Below, one piece after another: positions 8,616 to 18,009 of a stretch of DNA of 45,876 nt. Both the position numbers and the translations under genes were made by a program. The notes below the pieces were generated by a model. It worked only from the letters and a program-made list of their open reading frames with translations. It had not been told where the DNA came from and searched no databases. Position 1 is the stretch's first letter, and each line of letters opens with the position of its first letter. Source of the DNA: a virus (lineage: Duplodnaviria; Caudoviricetes); the IMG/VR virus record IMGVR_UViG_3300030397_000588, positions 1-45,876 of that record; one strand, 5' to 3'.

Positions 8616-9388
8616 ACATAACACCTTTCAGCTTCGAGGAATTCGAAATCCGTACCACGGTCATTGAAAACGACCCCTGGTTTATCGGCAAGGATGTAGC
8701 TTCTGCACTAGGATACAAGAACACTCGTGATGCACTGTCTCGCCATGTCGACAATGAGGATAAAAGGGTGGTCGCGTTTGCCGACCACCTTGGAAATGAG
8801 CAGAAAACAACGATTATCAACGAGTCAGGCCTCTATTCACTCATACTCCGCTCAAAACTAGAATCTGCCAAGGCATTCAAACGCTGGGTAACATCTGAAG
8901 TGCTGCCAGCACTGCGCAAGACAGGCAGCTACACGATCCAGCAGCCGCCCACACACGCCGAAGCATTGCGTGGCTGGGCCGATGAAATCGAGATCAGAGA
9001 AGAGCTAGAGCGCCAGCTCGAAGCCGCGCAGCCAGCTATCGAATTCGTTGAGTACTCAGTAAACACCGAAGGTACCTTCTCTTTCGATCAGGCTGCTAAG
9101 CTGCTGCGTATGAAGACGGCCGATGGCAGGCCAATCGGCCGCAATCTGCTCGTAAAGGGACTCTTCAACCTCGGTATCCTGATGAAGAGCGGCAATCACA
9201 AGGTGCCGAAGCAGGAGCATGTTAACGCTGGCAGGTTTGAGGTGAAGTATTCACTGTACCAGGATGATCAGGGACGGGAGTTCTCAACGCCGACAACACA
9301 GGTTACTTCGAAAGGGTTGCAGTGGATACGTGGAAGGCTGATTAGCGTGGGGTGTTCGCCTGTGCAGCAATTGGTATTGGTGAAGTGA
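8612..9388 (+). CDS. ant: Phage antirepressor (BRO-N plus ANT/KilAC)
   Basis: PWFIGKDVASALGY...INESGLYSLILRSK...FKRWVTSEVLPALRKTGSY plus AKLL...IGRN.L...PKQEH...T.VT.KG. Confidence 0.92.
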   Translation: MNITPFSFEEFEIRTTVIENDPWFIGKDVASALGYKNTRDALSRHVDNEDKRVVAFADHLGNEQKTTIINESGLYSLILRSKLESAKAFKRWVTSEVLPALRKTGSYTIQQPPTHAEALRGWADEIEIREELERQLEAAQPAIEFVEYSVNTEGTFSFDQAAKLLRMKTADGRPIGRNLLVKGLFNLGILMKSGNHKVPKQEHVNAGRFEVKYSLYQDDQGREFSTPTTQVTSKGLQWIRGRLISVGCSPVQQLVLVK

Positions 9389-9389
9389 A

Positions 9390-9590
9390 CTATGCAGCGC
9401 TTTTGTAGCCCTTGATAAAAAGACCGCTCCGTCCTCCGATTTTTGCGACAGTAACCAGCGACAGCTTGCCGCTGTACACGTCCCGAGCGAGCTGGATCAG
9501 CCGCTCCAGGTCCTTCTGCGTAAGCTCATCAGGCGGCTCGTATTTTACGCCTGGATCAGTCTGGTATTTTGGGGTCCCGGTGTTGGTCAT
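9390..9590 (-). CDS. Hypothetical protein
   Basis: ATGA-coupled chain downstream of MuF; ends in KSAA. Confidence 0.5.
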   Translation of the reverse strand: MTNTGTPKYQTDPGVKYEPPDELTQKDLERLIQLARDVYSGKLSLVTVAKIGGRSGLFIKGYKSAA

Positions 9591-9772
9591 GAATCTATAG
9601 ATTCTATACTCTCGATCTCGTCATCGTCAAAGAACTGGTCGTCAGCAGTCCATACCCTGTATCCTGGCTCGTAGTCTGATATCGACACGATCCCGATGTA
9701 TTCTTCATCCTCGACAGTTGTGATCCGTACCTGATCGCCGTTTTCAGGGGTGTAGCTCATAAGTCGTCTCAT
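9587..9772 (-). CDS. Hypothetical acidic protein
   Basis: ATGA-coupled to neighbours. Confidence 0.5.
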   Translation of the reverse strand: MRRLMSYTPENGDQVRITTVEDEEYIGIVSISDYEPGYRVWTADDQFFDDDEIESIESIDS

Positions 9773-9975
9773 GGTTCGATCATTTTTCGAATATGAAACT
9801 CCATAACCCGATCTCCCCAAAAGGTACCCGTCTCGACATCGTACCCGCCGTCATACAGCATTTCCCTGTTGATTGATATCTTTGAACCAGAAACAGGCGA
9901 CACAAACTCTATTGCATCAGGCAGTTCTTCATAGGGAGTGCCTGCGCCGATCTCGTCTGCGTTGTACCTGCTCAT
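9769..9975 (-). CDS. Hypothetical protein
   Basis: ATG 9975 overlaps the MuF stop, with ggagg SD. Confidence 0.55.
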   Translation of the reverse strand: MSRYNADEIGAGTPYEELPDAIEFVSPVSGSKISINREMLYDGGYDVETGTFWGDRVMEFHIRKMIEP

Positions 9976-10679
9976 AAGTCCTCCGAAAACACTGGGATCA
10001 TAGTGCACCGGCAGTTCACCGTTTGAGATGGTGGCCCATCAGGATCACCCGGATGCTTGAGATTGAAGCCACCCACCACGAATGACGCATCCAGTGCAAT
10101 TGGCTCCGCAAGCTCCGGGTGCATCCTCGTGTCGTGATCCTCCCTCACGCGCTCGTCCTGCGTACTGAGCCAGCCTTTGGCGTCAAGGCCCGCCTCCTGC
10201 CACGAAAGCAGCGTACCCGCCTCGAATGCGCCCACAACGACCGTATTGGTGATGCGATCGACGCGATGAGCCCGGTACCCCTCGAACTTGGCCCGCATGG
10301 CCCGCTGCATCTCCTGCTGCGTGGCATTCTCCTGCACCATCTGCACCAGCATTGAGGTGATGTCCTTCTCCGTGTGCTGATTCACCAGCTCGGAGCGGGA
10401 CACCTGCCTTGCAATGATATCAAGCTGCACGTTACGGGCCTCTAGCTGCTCCTCTGTAAGCTCACCCAGGCCTGCACGTAGCATACCGGCTAACATGCCG
10501 TCCTCGAGTATGCGGCGGATGTTACCTATAAGGAGCTGCAAAAAGCGCTCTTTCCACTTTTGGAAATTGAAGAAGCTGCTGAAGTCGATCATTTTGATCT
10601 GTCCAACCAACTCAGCCTCTTGCTCATCGAAGAACCGGCGCACAGCAGCAGCAACGGGCGGGCGGTGCACGTCACGCAT
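9972..10679 (-). CDS. Minor head protein MuF/SPP1 gp7-like (probably also made as a portal fusion)
   Basis: RVDRITNT...KGWLSTQDERVREDH...F.VGG..LKHPGDP.GP..TVNCRC. Confidence 0.9.
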   Translation of the reverse strand: MRDVHRPPVAAAVRRFFDEQEAELVGQIKMIDFSSFFNFQKWKERFLQLLIGNIRRILEDGMLAGMLRAGLGELTEEQLEARNVQLDIIARQVSRSELVNQHTEKDITSMLVQMVQENATQQEMQRAMRAKFEGYRAHRVDRITNTVVVGAFEAGTLLSWQEAGLDAKGWLSTQDERVREDHDTRMHPELAEPIALDASFVVGGFNLKHPGDPDGPPSQTVNCRCTMIPVFSEDL

Positions 10680-10797
10680 ACGCTCTACAGCTTGCCACTC
10701 TCTTTCTGGTTCTTCTGTTAATTGCTTGAACCAAGCATACTTGTAATCAGGCCCAATAACACCCGTTCGCGCTAAACCAAATCCCTCCAGATATTTT

Positions 10798-10847
10798 AGG
10801 CTCTCTGCATATCCTGGATAATGCTTTGCAGGAGCCTCTAAAAACCC
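10798..10847 (-). other. Putative -1 ribosomal frameshift signal (G GGT TTT plus downstream hairpin)
   Basis: GTG GGT TTT TAG at the portal end; the -1 frame is open into MuF; stem aggctc-ctgca...tgcag-a-gagcct directly 3'. Confidence 0.7.
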
Positions 10848-12316
10848 ACGAACGGAGGCTCGAACACCTCATCTAGTTCCATATCGGTATCGAGGCGCTG
10901 CCGTATAATCCCTGCCTCATAATCGTTTAGGTGATCAGGTGAGAACTTACAATCACGTCCTTTACTTTTGATCTTGCGGCGCCACGCCAAAATATCCGTT
11001 TCTACATCCCCTGCCTTCCAAGTGGCCTCGATAGGTTGTCCCGCAGTGCTGGCTGCTTGTCGCATGGCTACTGCTTGCAGTTCCTCGACTATGGTATCGC
11101 GGAGAAGAGCTTTTAAGTCATTCTCTCCCATTTCCTCTGTTTCCGCACCCTGTGTCAGTCTACGCGGCTCCTCTTCACGCACATCAATCACAACTTCTTG
11201 AGCGCCCAGTGGCTCATAACCAAGCAGCTCACGCCCTTCGTCCTGCGTCAGCACTGGCCCACCAGTAACCATGCTCACCTTCTGAGCCTTGTCGAGCTCG
11301 TAGCGCTGTACAACCTCAAGACGTTCGGGGTGGAATGAGAACCTATACTGCAGCGGAGCAAACAGTTGCTTATTGAGCTCGCGCATCAAAAACTTGGACT
11401 CAGGAATATTGGTGTATAGCTGATAGTTGATATGATCCTGCTCCGCAGTAGCGAAATTGGCCGCGTTCGACATCATCAGCGAGAACGGAATACCAAGTGC
11501 TGCACACAAGGCTTCGCGCTGCTCCCTTGTAAGGTCACTATCGTTAAGATCCTTTAGCCCCTCGCCTACGACATGCGGCGTAACCTTGGCATTGAATATG
11601 TGCTGTTTTGCTGCATTAAACCATCCCGAAACTGTCTCTCGCCAGTTCTTAAGCAGCTTCTTCTTCTCATCGGGAGTGATATTCTCCGCCCCTTCTACGC
11701 TCAAGATCGTGGCCTTAATAAGCCCCTTGTCCAGGAAGGACACTAAGAACCCATCGAGCGCCCGTAACACCTGCGCATTCTTGCGTCCCGGCGTGTGGAA
11801 ACCAGGGCCGCTCTCTACAAACGGATCAGGGTGAAACAGGGCAATGATGTCTTCGGCCTGATACGTCTCCTGCCCACCATTAACAGTGCGCCGGTATCCC
11901 ACAATACCACTCGACTCCTTCTTTACAGGCTCGACTTTGAGTGGGTTGAAGTAGAATAGATTATCAACGCTGCGCCCATCCGACTCCTTTAGCGTATAGG
12001 CTTTGCCAACTGTAACAAGGGCAGCCTCCCATACATAGAGCAGGTGAGGTAGATTCTCGGCAAAAGACAATTCCTCCGGCACATCCGGCATGTCGCAGTC
12101 CCACAGCACGTCTTCGCTGCCAGTGCGCGTAATTGTCCATGGCATGTTTTGTATGGACTTCGCTCGCAGATCTACACACCTATGGAACCATCCCTGCTCG
12201 TGGAAGAGCGTCGAGGTGCCCACGCTCGTCTTCTTATCCTCGCTAAACCAGGAGAGAATGGTGTTTAGCGATGTGGTTTTGAGGGAATTTGCATGTAATA
12301 ATTTTACGCCCGCCAT
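10838..12316 (-). CDS. Portal protein (HK97 family)
   Basis: FHRCVDLRA...GKAY...REALCAALGIP..M...ANFATAEQ...LTQDEGRELLGYEPL; lies after TerL. Confidence 0.9.
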   Translation of the reverse strand: MAGVKLLHANSLKTTSLNTILSWFSEDKKTSVGTSTLFHEQGWFHRCVDLRAKSIQNMPWTITRTGSEDVLWDCDMPDVPEELSFAENLPHLLYVWEAALVTVGKAYTLKESDGRSVDNLFYFNPLKVEPVKKESSGIVGYRRTVNGGQETYQAEDIIALFHPDPFVESGPGFHTPGRKNAQVLRALDGFLVSFLDKGLIKATILSVEGAENITPDEKKKLLKNWRETVSGWFNAAKQHIFNAKVTPHVVGEGLKDLNDSDLTREQREALCAALGIPFSLMMSNAANFATAEQDHINYQLYTNIPESKFLMRELNKQLFAPLQYRFSFHPERLEVVQRYELDKAQKVSMVTGGPVLTQDEGRELLGYEPLGAQEVVIDVREEEPRRLTQGAETEEMGENDLKALLRDTIVEELQAVAMRQAASTAGQPIEATWKAGDVETDILAWRRKIKSKGRDCKFSPDHLNDYEAGIIRQRLDTDMELDEVFEPPFVGF

Positions 12317-12328
12317 TTGCTTACTTAT

Positions 12329-13849
12329 TTAAAACGATAGCCATGTATTAGCTTCATAGAATGCATAAACGACACCATCCGCCCTGTCCGGCGAACGGCC
12401 AATTTTGTCTTTTATACTGTCTTTTGATTCAATTTGAATACCAGATTTAACCACCTTGAAGTTTGGGGCGCAAAGTTCTTGTCTAAGCTTATTATCATCA
12501 GGTAGTGCAATCTCATAGTCCGATTTCGGATCGAGCATTTCACGCAATTTCCAATACGCCTCTGCTCGCTTATTTACAAACTTGAATTTCCCCGATTTGT
12601 CGCGCCGCTCGCTGCCCTCGGATGCATTGAATGGATAGCAAGGGATCGAGTCCTTGGCTATGTCGTAGGCGCTCGATCCGTAGCCTATCACGTCAACGAC
12701 GGCCATTGCGTTATCCTTATGATGCGCAATCATGTAAGCAGCCGCTGTGTTGCCATCAGGCACCGCCTTTCCAGGATACTCGATGATCTCCGGCACATAG
12801 TCTCCGTAGCGAGGAACGATCACTGTCGAATCCCTGCCGCCTCGTGAGGGGTCGACGCCCATCTGCGTCATCGGCACACCTGGCTCGAAGTCCTCTTCCT
12901 TCAGCTTCTTCCACCGCTCCTGCGCAGCTTTCACCCATGCTGTCGGTATCACCTGCAGCGGATTTGCTGCCAAGCCGCGCTTGAAATCGCCCTTCTTGAA
13001 AGCCTCGCGAAGCTCTTCAGGAAGCGCGTCCAAGACCTTGTCGTACCCCGTCTCCAGTAGATAAGGGTTATCGTCAAGGCTGGCCGGTATAAAGGTGCGG
13101 CTCTTCAGGTCCCTCATCTCGCCATCGATCTCAACCGGCCCCGGCTCACTGAACCACACGAGCTGATCGCCCTTGTACGTGTAGTAGCGGAGCTCGCCTG
13201 GTTCTGCCGGCTCCGGGTATTCGGGATCGAGCCACGGCGCCCACTCATCAATCACCCACGACTCGTCTTCCGTTACAGGCGGGTTCGTCGTCGCCACCAC
13301 GCGGCACCGCTGATCCTTAATGCTCGTACGGTTCCAGATGATAAGGAATCGGTACTGGCTACGCGTGAACTCGGTAAGCTCATCGAATGCCTTCAAATCG
13401 TGAGGACGACCTTTGTAGCGGTTCTTGGAGTGCTCATGCGGAACGCCCGCAAACTCAACGCTACGACCGCCGGGGAGGCCCCTCCACACCCAATCGCTGC
13501 GGTTTAGCTTGCCCGCATTACCAACGATCTCTTCTGATCGTGAGATAATACCTTCGGCCCCTTTCATCTGCGCGAGCTCACGCCTGAATATGACGCTGCT
13601 TCGGTGCTGCGTAAGGGACAGCCCAAGCAGTAGATCCGTCTTACCACCACCTGCGGCACCACCGTAAAGCAGTTCGTCCGCATCGCATATCAATGCGTCC
13701 GTCTGCGGCCCGCCTAGCGGCTGCCAATCAATATTTGAAAGAACGTCTTCCGGCTCCTTATCAGGGTCAAGCTGCTGCGCCAGCTCCTCTAGCCAGGAGT
13801 CCGCTAATGTCTCTTGAGACTGATCGAAGTATGTCGTCGTCACTGACAT
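12329..13849 (-). CDS. terL: Terminase large subunit
   Basis: Walker A YGGAAGGGKT, Walker B FDELTEF, TTNP, nuclease GVDPSRGGRD and GRSPDRADG. Confidence 0.95.
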   Translation of the reverse strand: MSVTTTYFDQSQETLADSWLEELAQQLDPDKEPEDVLSNIDWQPLGGPQTDALICDADELLYGGAAGGGKTDLLLGLSLTQHRSSVIFRRELAQMKGAEGIISRSEEIVGNAGKLNRSDWVWRGLPGGRSVEFAGVPHEHSKNRYKGRPHDLKAFDELTEFTRSQYRFLIIWNRTSIKDQRCRVVATTNPPVTEDESWVIDEWAPWLDPEYPEPAEPGELRYYTYKGDQLVWFSEPGPVEIDGEMRDLKSRTFIPASLDDNPYLLETGYDKVLDALPEELREAFKKGDFKRGLAANPLQVIPTAWVKAAQERWKKLKEEDFEPGVPMTQMGVDPSRGGRDSTVIVPRYGDYVPEIIEYPGKAVPDGNTAAAYMIAHHKDNAMAVVDVIGYGSSAYDIAKDSIPCYPFNASEGSERRDKSGKFKFVNKRAEAYWKLREMLDPKSDYEIALPDDNKLRQELCAPNFKVVKSGIQIESKDSIKDKIGRSPDRADGVVYAFYEANTWLSF

Positions 13850-14393
13850 TACGTTTTACGATATCTACAACAGCAGTTAAAAGGGTCATAGCCTGAGACA
13901 CCGTGAGCGTCTGCTTTAACTGAGTCTGCCTTTTGGCCTCTGACTCAACAACCTTGCGGCGCTGCTCGATCAGCGAGTATATCTCTGCCCAAGTGATTTC
14001 TTGAGCCATGCCGCGCTCTATAAGCTGCTCAACCACCATTAGACTAGTTGGCTTGTCACCTTCCTTCGCCGCACGATAATCTGTCCACGCCTTAGCAAGA
14101 AGTTTGAATATGGCTCCCGTGCCTTCGGCATCAATTTGCTCTAGCAACTCCCCAATACGAGTATCAAGCAACGCGGCTTCCCGGTTGAGCTGTATAAGCT
14201 CCGCGTCCTTAATGGCCTGTTCAAACCGCCCTGCAAGACGCGTAGGTAAGTCTTTGCTGTACCTGCCATGCTTGGTATGCGGCGAATCCACACCGCGAGG
14301 CGTTTTCCCTCCATGCATTGCACAGCGGCCATTTAGCATAGGCCTACGCCTGCATTTACCGCCCTTCTTAGTATTTGCCCCACATGTTTTCAT
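13767..14393 (-). CDS. terS: Terminase small subunit (HGGxSTG-type N-terminus)
   Basis: CGANTKKGGKC...NGRCAMHGGKT...KHGRYS; directly upstream of TerL with 83 bp overlap. Confidence 0.8.
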   Translation of the reverse strand: MKTCGANTKKGGKCRRRPMLNGRCAMHGGKTPRGVDSPHTKHGRYSKDLPTRLAGRFEQAIKDAELIQLNREAALLDTRIGELLEQIDAEGTGAIFKLLAKAWTDYRAAKEGDKPTSLMVVEQLIERGMAQEITWAEIYSLIEQRRKVVESEAKRQTQLKQTLTVSQAMTLLTAVVDIVKRNVSDDDILRSVSRDISGLLARGAGAAA

Positions 14394-14416
14394 AAGGTTA
14401 TTGCAATATCATGAGG

Positions 14417-14590
14417 TTACCCACAGCCCGCCTCCCGCCGCTGGCGCTTGTTGCTCTGGCGTTGCTGCGTCGTATGCGTGATCATATAATCAGGCGGGTT
14501 GTGCTTCTTAATTGCAGAGCGGAAGTCAGAGCACAGATCACAAATCCACACAATCAACTTCCGGGGCAGTATCTGGCGGCGCGTTGTCAT
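14417..14590 (-). CDS. Hypothetical protein
   Basis: ATGA-coupled small ORF upstream of terS. Confidence 0.35.
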   Translation of the reverse strand: MTTRRQILPRKLIVWICDLCSDFRSAIKKHNPPDYMITHTTQQRQSNKRQRREAGCG

Positions 14591-14805
14591 TGGGCAGCCG
14601 TTCCGGGTCCGCCGATAACACGCTCTTTGCGCTTCGGGTCTTCTGTATGCTCTCTGAATCCACACCAGTGACACCACTTCATAGTGCCCGTGTCAGTTGT
14701 GGTCTCTGGCGCATAATGGAAGTTGAACCTGTGAAGGGTCTTCATCAGAGTCCGGTAGGCTCTCGAATAAAAGAATATGTAAATGTTCTCTAGCATCTTG
14801 CTCAC
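14587..14805 (-). CDS. Hypothetical protein (CxxC)
   Basis: Coupled chain upstream of terS. Confidence 0.5.
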   Translation of the reverse strand: MSKMLENIYIFFYSRAYRTLMKTLHRFNFHYAPETTTDTGTMKWCHWCGFREHTEDPKRKERVIGGPGTAAQ

Positions 14806-15101
14806 CTATTTGATTGCACCCCCATCCACGAGTTATCCGTGGCCACCGTTACGACGGCTTCCGCATCCGTCATCGGCTCCGGGCTGCCGTCCCCTGCCGG
14901 GATCTGCTTGATATAAGCCTTCTGATACTCAGACACCAGTTCGGCGTGGTGGCGCATAGTAGCGACGTAGGCGCCGGTTGTGAACTCGCCCGTCTGCGCC
15001 TTGCTCGCCAGCCAGGCTGCCGTGTCGGCTATGTCCTGAGCCAAGGCGCCCTTTGCGCGTTCGCGGCGCTTGATGACTAGTTCTTTCGGAAGTTCGGCCA
15101 T
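14802..15101 (-). CDS. Hypothetical protein
   Basis: Abuts neighbours, co-oriented. Confidence 0.55.
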   Translation of the reverse strand: MAELPKELVIKRRERAKGALAQDIADTAAWLASKAQTGEFTTGAYVATMRHHAELVSEYQKAYIKQIPAGDGSPEPMTDAEAVVTVATDNSWMGVQSNR

Positions 15102-15344
15102 TTACTGAAAGAGTTTTACTTTGCCACCGGCATATTCACGCCAGAAGCGTTCGAAGTCTTGGAATTTCATAGCCACCTGGTAGACATCACCTGAGTACAT
15201 GACAATATTTGTGTTGCCATCCAGGAGAGCATAAAACGACTCGATACGGTACATGTCGATAATGGCCTCAGTTTTTGTGATTTCCGAAAACTCACTTCCA
15301 TCCTCAGCCACATGCACGTCCACGATAGCGTAACGATCTTCCAT
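15102..15344 (-). CDS. Hypothetical protein, first gene of the packaging operon
   Basis: Just downstream of putative late promoter 15388-15423. Confidence 0.6.
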   Translation of the reverse strand: MEDRYAIVDVHVAEDGSEFSEITKTEAIIDMYRIESFYALLDGNTNIVMYSGDVYQVAMKFQDFERFWREYAGGKVKLFQ

Positions 15345-15387
15345 ACTTCAGATATGAATACAGAGAGTTGCTTTTAGGTGTATTACC

Positions 15388-15423
15388 TACCCTAAGATAC
15401 TGATTTTGTTAGACTTAGTTCAA
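15388..15423 (-). promoter_or_regulatory. Putative late promoter (packaging operon)
   Basis: TTGAAC-N18-TATCTT with aaatc before and agggta after; weaker copy of the 7341/24103 motif. Confidence 0.5.
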
Positions 15424-15464
15424 ATGACGGGTGAATTGGTGGGTGGTAATTGCACAGACGTGCA

Positions 15465-15625
15465 AAAATAAAAAAGGCGCAACCCTCGCCAGGTGCAGGA
15501 GCCAAAGACGAGAAGCGCGCCGTCGTTCATTCCAAAAAATGAAGGCGACAAACTTTTCCGTAGCCGTCGCCTTCAAAATTGAAATTCTTATGGCTGATTA
15601 TACCAAATCTGAGTCCGAAAAGCAA
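15465..15625 (-). terminator. Promoter followed by two tandem terminator hairpins
   Basis: TTGCTT(15625)-N17-TATAAT(15602) with TG extension; stem tgaaggcgac/gtcgccttca plus U6; second stem ggcgc/gcgcc plus U6. Confidence 0.65.
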
Positions 15626-15626
15626 G

Positions 15627-15833
15627 TCATTCACCCTCCGGTTTCGCGCTGTGTGTGGCATCAACCGCTGGGTCATCAAGCCAAATGCCCGTACGAATAT
15701 AATGTTGTGTTCGCCTGTAGATCGATCGCATTCGCACAACACGATCAATTTGATCCGGCGTGGCAGTTCCGGCTTCAACGTCTTCAAAAGCCTTGTGCAT
15801 ACTGTCAAATGCGCTCTGTAACTGATTACTCAT
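15627..15833 (-). CDS. Hypothetical protein
   Basis: Last gene of the leftward accessory run; ATGA overlap. Confidence 0.55.
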   Translation of the reverse strand: MSNQLQSAFDSMHKAFEDVEAGTATPDQIDRVVRMRSIYRRTQHYIRTGIWLDDPAVDATHSAKPEGE

Positions 15834-16084
15834 ATCGCCGACCGTGCTGCGGCTATTATGTGCTTGGACAGGGGCTCTGCGTCGTGCCTCTCCATCCTTG
15901 CACCCACAGTCGTGAATCCCGTGGGCACTGTTTTAAACCTGGGTGCGTGTCTGCCTATTGGTATCTCAGTATGCTCGTACGTAACCTCGAGTGATATAAG
16001 CTTACCCTGCAAAGCAGACACCTTACCGTCATTAGTCTTTATCTGGATAACAATGCTGCCGTTCGGTAGATCGTCAATGTTCAT
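15830..16084 (-). CDS. Hypothetical protein
   Basis: Co-oriented, coupled. Confidence 0.55.
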   Translation of the reverse strand: MNIDDLPNGSIVIQIKTNDGKVSALQGKLISLEVTYEHTEIPIGRHAPRFKTVPTGFTTVGARMERHDAEPLSKHIIAAARSAI

Positions 16085-16102
16085 GGCGCTGCGGGTGGTT
16101 GG

Positions 16103-16438
16103 TTAGTTGTTTCGTGTGGCCTGTATCTCCTGCCGCTTCCGCTCGCTATGCCACCAGTCGAAAAGATGCATTAGATCCGGCCGCTGCTCTAGAATCGGTG
16201 CCCACCACCAATAGAAAAGCTTGTATACAGCCAGATCTAGACTTGTAAGCCTTCTTGGGAATCTACTTCTCTGGTAATCAACCCATTGAGCAGTAGCCCC
16301 GGCCATAAGCATTGAGAAAGCAATGCCTATCGGTAGCCAGTCCGATGTCCAATCAAAGATCTCCGTGCTGAATATTAGTACAACTGCACCCCAAAATTGA
16401 ACCATCGTGAAGTAGTAAATGAGATTTGTCATCCCCAA
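16103..16438 (-). CDS. Small membrane protein (2 TM)
   Basis: Two hydrophobic helices. Confidence 0.55.
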   Translation of the reverse strand: MGMTNLIYYFTMVQFWGAVVLIFSTEIFDWTSDWLPIGIAFSMLMAGATAQWVDYQRSRFPRRLTSLDLAVYKLFYWWWAPILEQRPDLMHLFDWWHSERKRQEIQATRNN

Positions 16439-16483
16439 TAGTATTTAACTATTTCAAAAAGCACCCCGAAGCTTGGGGGTGGG

Positions 16484-16945
16484 TTAACCATAGTTGATAT
16501 ACTTAAACTCGTACTTCTTTTCACGCAGCATCCGAACTGCACAGGCTAACTCGGCTAGTTTGTTAGTTTCGTAAAAGCCCCTCGAATCCTTGATCATCCG
16601 GCAGTTCTTTTCGTACTCGTAGATGAGGCCCCACCCTTCCGGTATCTCTTCCTTTGAAATCAGTCCTTTAGGCACCAAGTAATACCGCCGCGACCCCATG
16701 CCCATTTGAGGATTTGCCCTGAACTGCTTTTTTCGATCTGCAAAGAAGTCTGATCTTGACACCTTACATTCTATAAGTGTGCAGTGGCCATTATACGAAA
16801 ACCCAATAGCATCTGGCGTCTCTGTACATCCTGCATGTACCTCCATAGCTGCTACAGAACACTTACCAGGACCCATTAACCACTTTACGGCTTTTTGACA
16901 AAGCCTTTCATGTGCACCGACTTCTATTTCATCGAATAACTCCAT
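16484..16945 (-). CDS. PD-(D/E)XK nuclease-like protein (MmcB-like)
   Basis: ETPDAIG...LIECKVSRSDFFAD.KK...GMG.RRYYLVPKGLI..EEIPEGWGL. Confidence 0.75.
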   Translation of the reverse strand: MELFDEIEVGAHERLCQKAVKWLMGPGKCSVAAMEVHAGCTETPDAIGFSYNGHCTLIECKVSRSDFFADRKKQFRANPQMGMGSRRYYLVPKGLISKEEIPEGWGLIYEYEKNCRMIKDSRGFYETNKLAELACAVRMLREKKYEFKYINYG

Positions 16946-17104
16946 GTCAGTGTATCATTTTTTATTGTTATTTAGGCCGCCCTGCCCCACAGCCTAACTT
17001 TCTTAGGTTCGCTTTCACCTGGAATCGGCGATTCTGGTGCGCTACACAGGGGGTCCTGTAGCTTGGCTTCCGCGAGTGGACGGTTATCGGAAGTGAGGAT
17101 TATT

Positions 17105-17842
17105 CTATACCATAAGTTCTTGTTGGTACAGGAAAAACCGTTCGCTGTAGCATTCGAAGTCATCACGATAAAGCCGGTATAGACTTAGACGGTCCTCCCA
17201 ATACTGGTAAAGCATCGGCCTGCCTTCGATAAACTTATCGGCTCTTAGCTTATTCGATTCAGGGTCAGCCAGTTTGTCTAGTACATCGCCCGTAGAGGCT
17301 CCACACGCTTTACATTTGCTGGCGTAAGTCGAGTTAGCAAGTCCTGGAACGCTGCGCCATTCAAAACCATCTTTCGTCGTTTCGATCTCACAGCAGTTGC
17401 ACTTAACCAACTCTCTTTTAAACGCGCCAAGGTTCGCTTCTCCACTTAGAAAGGAATCTGTCACGCCAGATAGCCACCCGTCAAACCGGCATCGCTTAGG
17501 ACGACGTTTGTGCCGGTCTGAATGGCGTATCGTATACAAACCCCTGCGATCCTGGTGCACCTTCTTGCCTAAGAGATTACGATGCAAAAACTGAGTGCCT
17601 GACAGTTGAAAGTACTCATCACAAAAACAGTCGAACCAGTATTCATCAGGCACCAGTGAACGCTTGCCGTGCTTATCTCGCTTCGCGTATTCAAAGTGAT
17701 GTACAATATCGAGGTACAGATCACGTGACAAATGCGAATTACAATACAGCGGAGTAGCATCTATCCATATACCCAAGTGACGCACAACACGCCCCCTGTA
17801 AAACCTACCGCCTTGGAAAGAACTGAGATCAATGCGTAGCAT
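17105..17842 (-). CDS. Hypothetical protein with CxCC/CxxC zinc-ribbon motifs
   Basis: 245 aa co-oriented ORF. Confidence 0.55.
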   Translation of the reverse strand: MLRIDLSSFQGGRFYRGRVVRHLGIWIDATPLYCNSHLSRDLYLDIVHHFEYAKRDKHGKRSLVPDEYWFDCFCDEYFQLSGTQFLHRNLLGKKVHQDRRGLYTIRHSDRHKRRPKRCRFDGWLSGVTDSFLSGEANLGAFKRELVKCNCCEIETTKDGFEWRSVPGLANSTYASKCKACGASTGDVLDKLADPESNKLRADKFIEGRPMLYQYWEDRLSLYRLYRDDFECYSERFFLYQQELMV

Positions 17843-18009
17843 GGTTCATCCTGTCTTAGCATCCCGCGCCCCGCGAAGGAACTCTGCCTCGCAGAACGTG
17901 GGCCTGCAATGTTTATAGATTTGTAGCTTAAACAGCACCGCCTCCCACCCCTGCTGAATCTGGATCGCGAACCCAGCGCCGTACCAATCGATATCTCGCG
18001 CTGTTCTTT

